The notes: a model not told the origin generated them from the letters alone. A stretch of DNA of 63,855 nt, filler included, from Octopus bimaculoides (GCF_001194135.2; 4 parts of 4 records of this genome joined end to end with filler, not necessarily neighbours in it), one strand, 5' to 3'; counted from the first letter of the whole stretch, positions 25,643 to 40,930 are shown. A program made the numbers and translations.

Positions 25643-28600
25643 TTATTATTATTTAAGCCGACTTAATATCATTGCGTGCTTCCGCTTTACAAACGGACAC
25701 ATCTCTACACATCTTTGATTGTGTGCAGTTTTTAGCTTCGATTTTGCTATTTATCTGCTGTACTTAATGCGCTTTATAAAATATATTATTTCTCAGTCAT
25801 TCAATATGTCTTTAGAACACCGTGTATTGTCATTATTCTTTGTATATTTCGAAGCTAAATTCGATTGATTATATTAAAAGATGAGAATTATCTTCGCTTC
25901 GTATTTTAACGAAAACGCTAAGGAATAAAGAAAAATGAAAATTCTCAAAACTTTGCTGCAGGGGAGAGAGTATTTTGTTCCAGTTTGCCGAAGATTTATA
26001 CTGTTTCTTCGAGCTGTCATAAAGAAACCGATTTATTCACCAAGAATATGGTCGGCATGACACAGTGTACACGTCTACAGAAACATCGCACAAAAGAAAA
26101 GTATACGGTTAATAATAAAGTTTTCCCATATCAAACTAAATAATATCGATTTTTAAGTTGTGTTTTTTATAGAAAAATTTCTTATTGTTTCTCTATACAT
26201 CTCACATTTAGTAGGCTAGTGTGTGTGTAAATATATATATACATGCACTCAGGTTTGTATGTATGTATATATATATATATATATATATNNNNNNNNNNNN
26301 NNNNNNNNNNNNNNNNNNNNNNNNNNNNNNNNNNNNNNNNNNNNNNNNNNNNNNNNNNNNNNTATATATATAAAACAAATAATAAATGAGTATATGCATA
26401 TATACGTCCAGGTATGTGCATACCTACGTCTACCTGTATACATAGGTGCATATCTGGGTACAGGACATTGCAAACAAAACGTAGACAAAAAAATAATAAT
26501 AACTAGAGTACAGAAAACACACAGGCCACATAGAGAACATTTTCCTTCATCAGCTACCCCTATTCTAACACAGCGTTTCGAAGAGTAGGGCAAGACGCAT
26601 CGTTAAAATGGCTCTTCCCACGAACCACAAACTAAATTTGTATACACAAATTAAATTGTACTATGGAGGAATGTAGTGGCGGACAGAAAACAAGACAGGA
26701 AAACAAACGGAAAACGCTATACGGCCAGACGTGAAAATTATGTGTATAATACACAAAGGGAACTTACGACTTGTCGGAAACCCTAGATTATGCCAACAAA
26801 CTAATCCGTGATGTGGAACAGTCCCTTAAACGCTAAATACTCATTGAGCTGGGTTTTCTCTGTGTGCACAACCAAAATATCCTATCTGATATTTCGACTT
26901 CCACCAGCCATGAATTCTCATCTTATTATATATATATATATATATNNNNNNNNNNNNNNNNNNNNNNNNNNNNNNNNNNNNNNNNNNNNNNNNNNNNNNN
27001 NNNNNNNNNNNNNNNNNNNNNNNNNNNNNNNNNNNNNNNNNNNNNNNNNNNNNNNNNNNNNNNNNNNNNNNNNNNNNNNNNNNNNNNNNNNNNNNNNNNN
27101 NNNNNNNNNNNNNNNNNNNNNNNNNNNNNNNNNNNNNNNNNNNNNNNNNNNNNNNNAAACACATAATATATATATATATATATATATATACGTATGTATG
27201 TACCATGTATATGTAACTTAATGAATGACAAGCATACGGATGTGATGTAATCACGTATACGCATACACACACACACACGCACACACACGCACACGCACGC
27301 ACGCACACACACACACACACACATACATATTTAACTTCCTTTATTATTACTCTGTTAGCTGTAAAAGACACTTTGCATACTTTGCAGTATATCATCACGA
27401 AACTTTCTGAATGCGTAAAGGAAGACAACAAATCCGCAAAACCTTTTTCTTCACCTTTCCTCCCTGCATTCAATCTTTAAAGAATTACGAAACAAACATC
27501 AGGGAACATTTGCAGATTCCCCACTTCCAGCATAAAGCGAATAACCTTATATTTGTGTTTCGTATTCTTGATGTTTTGTACCTGAGGCATTTCCTTGCTC
27601 TCTGTCCTATTCACAGCTAACAGGTCAACTCTCTCGTTCTCTCCATTTCTTTCTCTCTCTGTCTTATTTCCTCTGTCTGCGTCTCTCTTTCTTTTAACAT
27701 TAATAGTAACAGAAATATCATCGCCTACAGAAGCTCTATCTGCTACCGATAGCAACCCCATTTCTTTCGAATCATACCCTACTATCTTAAAGTAATGAAA
27801 TTGTACAAGGAGCATGAAACATGGAAGAAAGCAGTGAACGAGCCTAAATTTGTCTTGACCCAAAAATGTTACACTAATGCTAAATAAATCAAACAATAAA
27901 CACAGTAAAACAACTTCTACCATCTCTCTTTTTCTCTCTCACTCACTCTCTCTCTCTCTCTCTCTCTCTCTAACACAAACATACACACACACTTTTTCTC
28001 TCACACTCTTTCCCTTTTTCTAATAACAGTGGGGAAGGAATAACAAAGAAAACACAAGAAAATAGCAATCGTCCACCACCCTCCTTCTTCACCCTCCTTC
28101 CTCCTTCGTCTCCCCTTCATCTCCCTCCTTCTTCTCCTTTCCTCTCTCTCTCTCTCTCTCACTTTCTTCTCCCATTCCTCTCCCTCCTGCCTCTCCCACC
28201 TCTCTCTCAGCTTTCTCTTAACATCAAGAACAGCAACACCAACTACTAACACTACTGTTTCTATTTTTTACATTCAAATTATCTTCCTGAAAATTAATCT
28301 CCAAAACGCCGACCATGATATCCATCTACTATTCACCACCCTTTGCAGATAGATTACCTAATGATATGTCCATCCTATAACTACGACCTATCAAGCAGAC
28401 ATGCCACCCACAACCAACAATGAAAATACAACTGCTTCCATTTAATTGCACACTTTTCCATTTGAACTTTTCTCCTTAGAAAAATAATATCAACAAAGTA
28501 TGCTGTTGAGGCTATGCCAAAGTAATATTGAACTAGGAAAATATAGTCATCAATGAAAGAAAAACAATTTATTATTAATTAATTCATTGCAAGATCATTG

Positions 28601-30042
28601 CTTAATCGTTAAAGTTTAGAAAAAAAGTATTTTAAGTCGATATTCTATCAGCGTTTCCTGACAAATATTTGATTCATTTTATTGATTGACTAGCTATTGA
28701 TTATATATTAATTATTTTACAATGTTTTTAGAATGGTTAATTATTTCTAAAAATTACAGGTGAAACCTAAAAATTAATACAAATTGAAATTAATGTTATT
28801 GTGTTATTTTGCTTCAGCTATCTTTATTTAAGATAGTATTGCTGGCGGATTCTGTCACGGAAGAAATTATTAATAATAAGTCCACGTCCTGCGAAAGAGA
28901 CTATCGATTCAATAATACAACCTAAACAAAACAACCCGCAAACACAAGACACACTCTATACAGCAGTTATCCAGTGAAATTTACTTCCACCAGCAATCCA
29001 ATTAACCAACGCATTACACACTCAACACATAATACAAGCAGTAATACAACAAAAGACAACATCACACCTCAAGAGAAAAAAATAATCTGACGCAATAAAA
29101 TGCGGATAATTTGGTTAGCTGGGCTTTTTAGGAAAATAAATCCAACAACTAACTCGCCCATTAGAAATGCAATCAATAAGTGGAACAGTAAAAATATGCA
29201 AGACTTTTCTCAAGTTTAAAATGTGACACTGCTTTTGTTCTCTACACTTCAGTGATGGAGATTTGTATCTTTGTTAGAAACCAGCTCCTTCTTCAGAGGA
29301 AGAATTTCAATAATTAAAAGCAGAAGAGAACATGCATTCATAGGTACATACACACATATGCACATATATAAATATACACACATATGTATGTGCGCGTGTG
29401 CGTACCGTATCATTACTGTGCAATCTGAATGTCATGTATGCTTTGTTTAGATATTTATACGTCTTCCTTTTTACCTGTTACCAAAGCATATATTATTGTG
29501 ATTCTTCATATTTCATTCTTCTCACAATATATTTTCGGCTAATACATCAATTTTGTAGCATTGTGAAATTGAATAGCAAAATCGCCATTGTTCCATTAAG
29601 TGTTAATTTAGATTACGGTCTTGTATAGGCTGATTTATTCGTCCTTCACTGACAACCTTTATCCTGCAGTTATATATAAGTTCCTCTGTTACGTTTAGTT
29701 TCTAATTTCATGCAAAGGACAACAAGACTTTAATATTAAATTTCAGCCCTGAGAATCTTAACTAATACAGGTTCTATAATCTCTATCCGGCATAATAAAT
29801 TGTACAGGTTATTAACGAGGTAGGAATTTGCTTGTCACTCTTTTTATTACATTTTCTAGACGTTTCATATTTCGTTTTCGCTTTATATTTCATTTTCATC
29901 ATTAAATTGTTCCACATCAACCTTTATTTTTTGTTCGCTTCCAGCAGTAATCGTTCTCTGCTCTTCGAATTTTCTAGAATTATGATTGAATCGTAATATT
30001 TATGAATTTTTCAAGTTAGCGCATAATTTATAGTTGATAAGA

Positions 30043-30261
30043 CGGCGAGATGGCAGAGACGTTAGCACGCCGGGCGTAATGCTTGGCGATATTTCGTCTG
30101 TTTGTACGTAGTGCGTTCAAATTCCGCCTAGGTCGACTTTGCCTTTCATCCTTTCGTGGTCGATAAATTAAGTACCAGTTACGTACTGGGGTTGATGTAA
30201 TCGACTGGACCCGTCCCCCAAAGATTTTTGGCCTTGTGCCTAGAGTAGAAAAAGAATTTAA
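30043..30261 (+). mobile_element. tRNA-derived SINE (family A, tail type 2)
   Basis: Same head as 15027, tail ending gcctagagtagaaaaagaat. TSD agttgataaga. Confidence 0.88.
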
Positions 30262-31411
30262 AGTTGATAAGATTATTCTAATCAGTTAAAACCGTATATT
30301 TCCTTGTCTTTATTATAAATATTGCTGTTGGTGCTGTTCAACTATCCTTCCTTCTCGAAGAAGGCAGGCTGCGACTTGAAAGAGGTTTGGCTTTTATTAC
30401 AAACACATCGGGCCAATACGTTAAAATAAATTTAACGCTTCGGTGTCCATTCTGGCAGTGACACTTGTAATTAATTTTGTTTTCAATTTCCATTTTCTGT
30501 GAATATTAACATTAGTTGACTATACTAAAACTACTTTACTGTAATACTACGATGATTACCGTACATACTTGTGTATAAACTCTGCCCCTAACTTAGTGTT
30601 AAACAAAATTGTATCTCTTCATAGTTTTAGCTTTGCTTAGTGTATAACAGGATGGAGCAAAAAAATGCAGCTTTCGAAATTGGTAGCCAAGAATCGATAT
30701 TTTGATACGAATTAGGGTTAAAAGAAAGGTGTATAAATATTTTTTCGGGCCCCGCAACGCAACTCAAAAATTTAAAAATTGCTATTTTTGGCCGAATATT
30801 GGATTTCAGGGTATACGCAGTATATTATAAAGAAAAGAAAAAAAAGCAATGTGTTGGGTTAGAAGAAACAGGATTAAGCGCCAGACAAAATATTCTGTAG
30901 AACTTGTTTATGCTTTACGGTTTCATTTGAAATATTTCAAAGAACGTTTTTGCTTTTATCCCTCCAATGACGAAATATAACAAACAACTTGAAGCACTGT
31001 TTTCAATTTGCCCTTTAATAGAATTGATAAACTTGTATATAAGACAGACTCGTTATTTTATGGTAGTTTGAGAAATTTAATGAAATCGATGGCATATTTT
31101 AAAAGTATTAGCATTGTCTGTTTCTGAGTCTTTAATCAATCGCAACGTGCATATTTTAAGTTAGAAAAAGATTCTATTAAAAATCTAGTTGTTCTCGATA
31201 TTATTAGTTCTAATTTGTTAAACGTAGTTTGTTTCTCCTGTGTTATTTTTTAAGAGAAAAACATTAATTTACATTTAGAATTTTATTTTTTATAATGAAT
31301 ATATGTGTGTGTGTGCGGGTGTGTGTCGGTGTGCGCGCGCGCACGTTATGTATGAGTTCTCGTCTTTTGAAAAAGTCTATGGCCTGACCATTGATACTGG
31401 TATGAGAGGTC

Positions 31412-31479
<68 letters not shown>

Positions 31480-33741
31480 GCACACAAACACACATAAATA
31501 TATAATATATGCGTGTGTGTGTGTGTGTGTATGTGTCAACAGATTGCTGGTTTGGTTAATTGTCGTGGATCCGAGTAGTATATCTCAGTAGTCCTAGAAA
31601 TTTAATTTCACAAACCACTTTCGTGGAAAATATAATCCTTGTATATCTTATTTGAAATGTAATAATCTCTGTTAAAACTGGGATGTATTTTCTGAACATC
31701 AATTCGAGGTCCATTTCTAAAGCCAAATTCGAAAGTCAGAAATAACCGTGAAAATGTGTTGCACTCAATATGTGTGTTGTATTCTGGCAGCTGTAATGAG
31801 TCTATTGTTTTTGTACTTCATTAAAGGTTGTTTTCACACTTGTAAAAGTCGCCATAAAAGCTGACAGTTTCATCTTGTCCAAGATACTTTTGATTTTTAT
31901 GTCAGAACACAAATCTTCCTCTTCCTACTATCATAAAAGCATATACTCAACTCACTAAATATCATACCAATGTCTGAGAAATATTGGGTAATATCCAACA
32001 TCTTCGAATCGTTCCGAAACAACACATGAAGAATGGTTTTATAATAAGTCTATTCATTTCTCAAAACGTTGTGATTAGTGAAGGAGTATGATTTCACGAA
32101 AGCTTTCCAGCAGTATAGAGAGGCTATCGTTCTAATGTCTTGTTATCACCTCTCGACGGTGTATTTACATATTTTTTCAAATATCAGTTTCTAGTGCTTA
32201 GATTTTGACTCGTTGTACACATATACGATATCAAGAAAGATTCCCAGACAGTCTACACATAATGCAGCTATATGTCTTCGATCTTTTATATTTCTCTTCT
32301 TTTATAATTCTGTTTATGTGCAGCAATTCGATATAACCATATAATCTTCAGCTGCCTTCTTTTCTCTAACATAATTTCTACAAAGAGTTAATACTAGATG
32401 TGAAAGCAGTGAAAGTCATATCACTTGACATTTTTATATATATGAAGTGATGCTATAAACTTCTGTTGATATTTCCAGCTGATGACTATTATATTTCTGG
32501 GCATGTTTTGCGTGCCAAGATAACCAAATATCTAGTTCTTCATAATAAGGTGTCGATTTAATGAACCCGTTCAACATTCCATGTTTCCCTAAGATGCTGG
32601 ACACTCTTTCCTGGTGTGCTGAGTACAAAGTTACATTTTCGTGCATATATGTTTGGCAATCCAGACATCCATTAAATTGGTGCTCCAAAACAAAGACTCT
32701 TTACAAGTCTTTTGGCGTACTAGTCTGCACTGACAAACTACTTCCAATGAATCAGTCGCTCCGGGTTTGTAATATCTGGCTGGATTTTGATGTTTTGTAT
32801 TCCTCTGGAAGCAGACAGTCTCCTTCTTTATGCTAAGTATTTATGGCTGAGCAAGAACATGTTAGAAAGTGGATATCTCTTGCACCTTAACAATTAAGTA
32901 CATTTAATACGTTGGGTAAAAGAAATTCGTCGCAAAGATAGAAGCTCGCAGGTGCAGAGGGTGAGTATTGCAGCGGAATCCTTATATCTGCAACAACACA
33001 TATTTCTTGCAGAATTAAATCTGCTACATTGATATCTACTGCAGACACTAGGTGGTTCATAAATGACTCCTTGGTTCATAAATGAATCCTCAACTGCAAG
33101 TCGAGGTGTGAAAGTCAGTATTCTGCACTTTGATAACGAAACTTAATCTGCCAGGCAGTTTGATATTCGCCTCCAATGCCACAGCGTTTCCTTTTGTAAC
33201 CACCATTTTCGTCTTTTTAATATTGCATGATTCTGATTCGAGATTAAGTCGAAGAAACCATCAGTTTCGTGTTGCAGACTTTATATACAAAAGGAGGTAA
33301 ATCTGTTCACACTAATGTCTTCCAAATCCAATATGTCTTTTATTCACTGTATCAGGAGCGAGAACACCTGAAGATAGATGTCAATAAACTCAACATCAGA
33401 TGGACTGATCATGCTACGTTGAACCATTCTTAACAATGGCTTCTTCGTTGAGTTGATTCTCCCATCCTTGTCCACAAGATTTCTTTGATTCTTGGTCATC
33501 ATTTATACGCTTCTTCCGATTCTTTGAAGGGCAGAATATGCACACATACATACACATACATATACATACATACGTGCATATATACATACATACGTATGTG
33601 CATTCGTTACTTTTTGCATGTTATTCATTATTGATCTGATATAAAACTGAAGCTGTATCCTTTAATTTGCTGCTTTTCTATTCACAAACCGAGGAGATAT
33701 CTTGCAGAACAGTCGTTATTCTAACGAGATAATCTTGTAAT

Positions 33742-33796
33742 CACCTGAAGAGACACATGAGGAATCGATGCTAGGTGGGTCGAAACAATTGTAGTG
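33742..33796 (+). ncRNA. Minimal type I hammerhead ribozyme with palindromic stem III
   Basis: cac-CTGAAGA(33745-51)-GAC...GTC-GAAA(33782-85)-CAATTG-TA-gtg. Stem III is the perfect palindrome ACAATTGT. Confidence 0.75.
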
Positions 33797-33849
33797 GCTA
33801 ATAAGAATTCTATCTGCCAATATACATGTCACAGATGCATACATATATG

Positions 33850-33913
<64 letters not shown>

Positions 33914-34489
33914 CACGTATGTATAAACAGCTTGACACGTGATCGCCTCATCCAGTTCCTTTGTGGCCTTCCTAATATCCTTAACTCATATCTGTCCTTC
34001 CATAACAAAATAACAAACTTCGACATTACAAAAGGGATGCTACAAAGAGACATAACAAAGAAATGTGTTTACGAAGAAAACTATCTTTTTGTTGAAAGGA
34101 AGAGAAGGGTTAAAAATTGCAATCCAACACACAGGGAATTTAAAACTTGCAAGATTTAAAACAATACAATAATACGTGGAAACATGCATTAAAGAAATAT
34201 TAAAAATACTGTATAAAATCTTGAGTTTGTAATTCCTAACACAAAAATCTGACATCACGAAATATTGAAATTACGTTTCAATGTTTTTGTTCTGACTTTA
34301 TAATGTTATTTATGTTTGTTGTTTTATTATACAATTACATGATTCTTATTTTACAAAATCAAAAATGAAATACATTTCCTCCGCCATTCTTGTTCAAATT
34401 TAAGTGATTTACGTAAGTGGAAATCGTCATATAACATGTCTCAGTACAGCGCTGATCAGAATTGCTTATATACCATCGTTATAGAACTG

Positions 34490-34890
34490 CCCGGTAGTTT
34501 TTTCGTTATCTCACCCCCATTAAAAAATTGCCATTAAAAAACTAGGTTATCTCTCCACTAAAAAGTTGAGTTTATCTGGCGACAGGAGATTGGATTAAAA
34601 GGGTTTAGATCCTTTTGATTCAACACATTTTTGACTTTTGGCCCCCTCAATAGGAATGGTATGATTTTTTATCAAAATATTATCAGATTCAATAAGATGC
34701 TTAATCTTTTCAGTTTTCCTTTTTATTTTTTCCGTTTTCAAGTTTATTATTTTTTTCATTTTTTCTTTGTTTTATTGAGGATTAAGTGATTTTTCTTAGT
34801 TGGGGGAGATAACCGAAATTATCGATATGTTTCATAGAACAAGGGGGATAACCCAATTTTTTTAATGGGGGTGAAATAACCAATAATGAC
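34490..34890. mobile_element. Palindromic MITE-like element
   Basis: Inverted repeats gttatctcaccccattaaaaaattg / caatttttttaatgggggtgaaataacc, plus an inner inverted pair. Confidence 0.6.
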
Positions 34891-35129
34891 CAATTACTCT
34901 TGTAAACAAAGTATTCGGTTTTACAAGGACAATACTGGAAAAGTCATTCGAGCGAATGGAAAACTTCATTGCGATACCAATTCTGATTCATTGCTTTCTT
35001 AATTCCAATGCCCCCCACATCGACTCTGACTTCCATTGTTCCATGGTCAGTAAAGTAGAAGTTAAGAGTGATAGACAGAGGCGGGGAACGTTAGAGCGTC
35101 GGATAGGATATCATGGAACATTTGTTTCG

Positions 35130-35470
35130 TCTCTTTATTGCGTTCTGAGTACAAAACCTGTTATGAGGATATCACTCGAGTTACTGATGGCGGCTCATGG
35201 TTGGATGCTGTCTACCTTGATTTTGCTACAGTCTTCAACTTTGTGCCACACAAACGACTCATGGTAAAACTTTTGGTCGGAAAGAGGTAGTTACGGTTCT
35301 AGGATATTCTTCTTCACACTACGAGATGACTTCTGGTATACCACAAGGATCCGTTCTTGGACTCCTACTGTTTGTTGAATATATTAATGATATAGATGCC
35401 AATTTTAGGAATGTTACATTGCTGAAATATGCAGATGACATCAAGCTGTACCTCAAATTAAAAAGAACAG
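35130..35470 (+). mobile_element. CR1/L2 RT fragment
   Basis: AVYLDFATVFNFVPHKRLMVK and SGIPQGSVLGLLLFVEYINDID...LLKYADDIKLY. Confidence 0.85.
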
Positions 35471-35683
35471 ATCCTATGCGCTATTAATCTTTCGTTGCCT
35501 CTTGGTAGAAACTTCTGTAAGGAACTGACTTTTTGCTGTTTTCTGTAATATTAATACATGTGTGTGTAAGTTACTACATGTGTATGTTTTATTCTAATAC
35601 TTTCTAATGCTTTGGAATAAATAGACACACTGGAATGTCTACTTGTATGTCGTTTTGTTTCCTCTCCATTTTCTTTTTTCGCC

Positions 35684-35735
<52 letters not shown>

Positions 35736-36402
35736 GTATATATACACGTGGAATTGTAATAGTTGATCTACCTATAAACTTAATCACACATTACCGCAGA
35801 AGATCAAAGACAAGAGATCAAAGATATGAAGAATGTTTGCATTGATGCCAGGTTAGTTACCATAATGTTCATAAACATGTAAAGAACATAGATACAATTT
35901 TTGGATGCTTCACATCGGAAAAAATTATTAAGAAATTCAATTTGAATTATTTTCCATGTCACTAGTCCAGTTTTTATAGCTCCTCCTTTGTTCTCTGTTC
36001 TTCATGCATACGCTATGCTGGATTTTTTATGGCTAAATATACTCATTTATCCATTCTGATAGGCATTAATACTTTAAAACATTCACTAGTTTAATAGAGA
36101 CGTACAGAAATAGATATTTGCAGATATCCAGTTATTATGTGTTTATATATATATATATATATATNNNNNNNNNNNNNNNNNNNNNNNNNNNNNNNNNNNN
36201 NNNNNNNNNNNNNNNNNNNNNNNNNNNNNNNNNNNNNNNNNNNNNNNNNNNNNNNNNNNNNNNNNNNNNNNNNNNNNNNNNNNNNNNNNNNNNNNNNNNN
36301 NNNNNNNNNNNNNNNNNNNNNNNNNNNNNNNNNNNNNNNNNNNNNNNNNNNNNNNNNNNNNNNNNNNNNNNNNNNNNNNNNNNNNNNNNNNNNNNNNNNN
36401 NN

Positions 36403-36462
<60 letters not shown>

Positions 36463-36668
36463 CATGTGTGTAAAGAGAGATAGAGAGAGAGAAAAAGTTG
36501 AGAGAGAGGGGGGAGAGGGAGAGAGAGAGAATGAAAAATAGATTATGTAGCTAGACAGCGAAAGACAGAAAGACAGACAGACGCATATATAGACAGACAA
36601 ACAGATAGACATCTTGATAGACAAATAGAGAAATAGACAAACAGACAGTCAAACAGATAGATAGATAA

Positions 36669-36715
<47 letters not shown>

Positions 36716-37011
36716 TGTGTATCCAAGATATCTGCACATAGCTATAAATGTATATATATAAATTAAGCAAATATTTTTTTACTCGTAAATGCATGAACAT
36801 GGGGTTCACAGATATGCACATAAACATACATCCGTGACGGAGGTGGCGGGGGGGGGAATGCATATATATGTATACACGCATAAATATTTATGTAGCTGTA
36901 AAAGTATTTGAATTAATGCCCGTGTATTAATGTGTTTTTAGTAGGTACAATATATGTTTCATTCTTCTCATTAAATCTGTCTCTCGATAAATGTATGTAT
37001 GTATATATGTA

Positions 37012-37061
<50 letters not shown>

Positions 37062-37199
37062 GGTAGATAGATAGATAGATAGATAGATGGACAGACATAT
37101 GTATTATCCATGTATGTATACATGTAGGCAAACATCAATAGTTATTAGTATTTTATTCATATGTAAATATATGTTATTCGTTATCTTTTGTAATTCTAG

Positions 37200-37303
37200 G
37201 CATTGAAATCGATCGCTTACGGCACACGAACAATGGAAATCGTTGGACTAACCATATCTCTGGTCAGTTTGTTGATCTCTAGTTTTGTCTTCTTGTACTT
37301 CAG
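37200..37303 (+). CDS. PDFR: PDF-receptor-like GPCR, TM1 exon: ALKSIAYGTRTMEIVGLTISLVSLLISSFVFLYF(R)
   Basis: ttctAG acceptor and GTGAGT donor at 37304. 104 nt, phase 0 to phase 2. Typical class B TM1 (TRxxEIVGxxxSLxSLxxS). Absent from the ORF track because it is short. Confidence 0.85.
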
Positions 37304-38397
37304 GTGAGTAACATATTATTAGTATATTTTACTTTTCAGAGCTCTCGATTTTACAAGCTCCGGTTAATTCTGTGAGAGCGGACAGGAACTTGTTATCAAA
37401 GGCCTCATAGGGTCTCTTAGAGTCTCTTTCCACGAATTATAAGAATTGGTTCCTAGATGTTAAGTATTGTTGAAGGTATTTAACGTCCAAGGACAAATCT
37501 AAAAATCCCCACTGCCCCCAATAGAACAGTTTTTTAGCATGCTCTACCCTCATAACAATTCAAATTTCTCCGACATATCTCAGAGATATATTCAGTCATG
37601 TCTGCCACAATACTCAGCTGTGACAGACATCATTGACCTCTGAATGAACAAAGAAAGAAAAGTCGGCTCTGGCGGGATTCGAACTCCATATATCAAGTGA
37701 CGTAACTAATTAGTGCAAAACATTTTGTCAATCCTCTGCACTTGTTAAAGTTTAACATTTGCATTACTGCAGCATTGTTATAGCTTTTTTCTTTCTTTTC
37801 GTTTGATTTTTTTTTCTCCGTTTTCTTTTCTTTTTGTTGTTATTTCTTTGTTCTATTACTTTCTATCAGTTCAAAATCAAGTAAATAATAAAATAAAAGC
37901 CAGACTTCGTAAATACATCATAGAAAATCAATAGTGAGCTGAAGTAGGAAGCAAAGCACTTCATTTGAAAGTGCCATTCATATTTAACAGGACGGGTGTT
38001 GCAGAAGAAAAGAAAACAGTGGCCGGGTACACGCACGTAATGCCAAATTTATAGCAACAGTCAGACAAGAACGAAATATAATCAAAAGATAAAGGAAAAC
38101 AATAAAAATTGCAAACTCTTTGAGACATTAAAACGTGTTTTAAAGACATCTCTTCTTACAATGGGATTTTAATCTAATTTCAGAGTCGAATTCTTCAGCT
38201 TAATCCCTCAATGTTTATCGGTTTATATATAGATAATAGATAATTCTGTTTATAATAGCCGAAGATATATCAGGTTTAAGTGAATGTTGGTGTCTCAACA
38301 AATAACTTGCTAAGAATATGTACGAACAGAAATAAAAGGATGGAAAAGAGACGAAGTAGCGAATAAAGGGAGAGAAAGATAACTATGTATTTAGATC

Positions 38398-38430
<33 letters not shown>

Positions 38431-38465
38431 TAGATAAACAGACAGACAGACAGACAGACAGATAT

Positions 38466-38525
<60 letters not shown>

Positions 38526-39600
38526 TTTGTATGTATGTCGTGTATGTTTATAGATCTATATACATGTGCTTATGTGTGTACAGAGAAAGAGAAAAGAGAA
38601 AAGCATGGAAAGGAAGAACGAATGTGAGAAAACGTTTGAAAATAAAGTAAAAAAAAAATTAAAATCTTTACACAGAATAAAGAATAACATGTTAAGGAAT
38701 GGTAAGAATGTGAACCAAAACATCAAGAGACGGAAGAAAATCTGCGAAGAAAAAGAGACATTGTTAGAAACCATGAAAGTAAGAAGAAATTTTAATAGAG
38801 AAAATGATAAGAAGTGGAGCGATAAAAACAAACATCGTGTACTCCACAAATCAGCTTCTGAAGCATGTTGTTCCGAGTTCGATTCCAGCTCATGGCTTTT
38901 TTATGGCTTTTTCTCGAGTGTCTTATGTATAGCCTCTCATTGAATTAGGCAGGTCATTAATGGGATAACAAAAGTAATCTAATGATTGATTGATTGACAG
39001 AATTATATATATTATTATTATTATATATATATATAGGTTATGACCGATAGTCGTGTCAATTAGACCCAGAAGTTTCAGGTAATGCTGAGTATGTGCTATG
39101 GATAGACCACAGTTAAGCTCCAGGATCGGTGGTTATGCGAATAAGGGGTCCAATGTAGGTCATATATCAGCGTGTGAATATAAGTATATATATATATATA
39201 TATATATACATACATATAGACCCACAGCATATATATAAGCAGAAATATTTCTTGGTGAATTATTTTCTCAAGCCATTTCTAGAAATAAAATTTATTCACT
39301 TCATTTTATTTATGTTCGTCTTAAAGTGCATTTCTACAAATATATCAACATGTCTTTATATACTAAAGTGGAAGGTAATTCGAGAAGGGTTATCGAAAGC
39401 CTTCTGGAATTGCCTGTAGTCTATTTATATTATTCCAAATTATAGGATTAATATTGTTGGTGATACCAGCGGATGTCGGTTGCGAATTCTCTCCCCTGCA
39501 CAGATAGATAGATAGATAGATGGATGGATGGATGGATGGATGGATGGACGGACGGATGGACGGACGGACGGACGGACGGACAGACGGATGGATGGATGGC

Positions 39601-39653
<53 letters not shown>

Positions 39654-40207
39654 CGATACGCAGAAAGGCGGAAACACACACTCATTCATTATAATGGAAT
39701 ATCAGGCATATATCACATGGGTATCTTCCTTTGTAATGAACATATATTTCGAGTTATTGTCTTCGTGTGAAACACCTTATGTATTCTATGCATTTCATTG
39801 TATAATAGTCAGTAATATGAATTTTTAAGTATTTCTGTGATACTCTTCTATAATCAAGTTGATGCTAAAATATTAGTCAGTAACACTAAAACTTAATGCA
39901 GCTATCTGTATTTTGTTATAGATTCAGAAAGTTGTACGATTCTGTATAAAGTTTACACATAATGCTGCAGAAGATGTACGGATTTTAGCTTCAGCTGGTT
40001 TGCATAATAAATAGAGGAGGCTAACGACCAGTAACTGAAGTACGATTAGCTCAGTTATACAGCTCTTCACAATGGCTGCAGACATGAACAGTGCACATCA
40101 TCTCTTTGTCTGGGAATAATACACTTAGCTACTATATGTAAATATATCTATGAATCTCTCTCTCACTCTCTCTCTCACACACTTTCTCTCTCTCAATATT
40201 TATAAAC

Positions 40208-40238
<31 letters not shown>

Positions 40239-40287
40239 TNNNNNNNNNNNNNNNNNNNNNNNNNNNNNNNNNNNNNNNNNNNNNNNT

Positions 40288-40495
40288 TGTCATATTTTCC
40301 TCGTGTCATGTGGTCTCTTTACACACACACATATATATACATATACACATATATGTATACACATATATATATATATATACATATACATACTTGTCATATT
40401 TTCCTCGTGTCATGTGGTCTCTTTACACACACACATATATATACATATACACATATATGTATACACATATATATATATATATACATATACATATC
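40288..40495. repeat. Tandem duplication of about 103 bp (ttgtcatattttcctcgtgtcatgtggtctcttt + CA/TA tract)
   Basis: Two near-identical units next to an N gap. Could be an assembly artefact. Confidence 0.7.
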
Positions 40496-40639
40496 TGTGT
40501 GTATGTATTTATCTATCTATATCTATCTTTTATAGATAGAAAGATAGTTAGATGGATACATATGTGTATGTTTGTGTGTGAATGTGCGCATGTGTTAATG
40601 TGTTTTTATTTATGTACGTGTATATATTTCTTTTGTCCA

Positions 40640-40930
40640 GGAGGTCTCCCTCGTGAGGGAATTCATGGCCAATATGCAAATTTTAGAATTAGAGAATCTC
40701 AAAAACATCTGCCGAAAATTATCCGTAGAATTCTCCACCGTCTCTATTGTTGTCAATCATCGACATTTTATTGCTTTCTATTTGGCTTCCGATCTGAGGA
40801 ATTTGTTTCGAAATACACACGTTGCCTATTTGTTCCAACATGGCATTTATTGGACACTCTGCGACTTATACGACAAACAGGAATGTTTCTTCGATATAGT
40901 CAATGGAGCAGAAATACATTGCTGCAATGA
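40640..40930 (-). mobile_element. Possible Helitron Rep remnant
   Basis: Frame-shifted motifs CISAP..., KSQSV, HVGTNRQRVYFE resemble Helitron YVSAPEA...KSH...VHLPNQQRVYF. Confidence 0.3.

Noticed and set aside
29862-29880. GAAACGTC on the minus strand
   Set aside because: No upstream core or stem II.
39040-39140. Possible decayed relative of the 4862 hammerhead (minus strand GAAACTtctgGGTC)
   Set aside because: No recognisable CTGANGA box or stem II.
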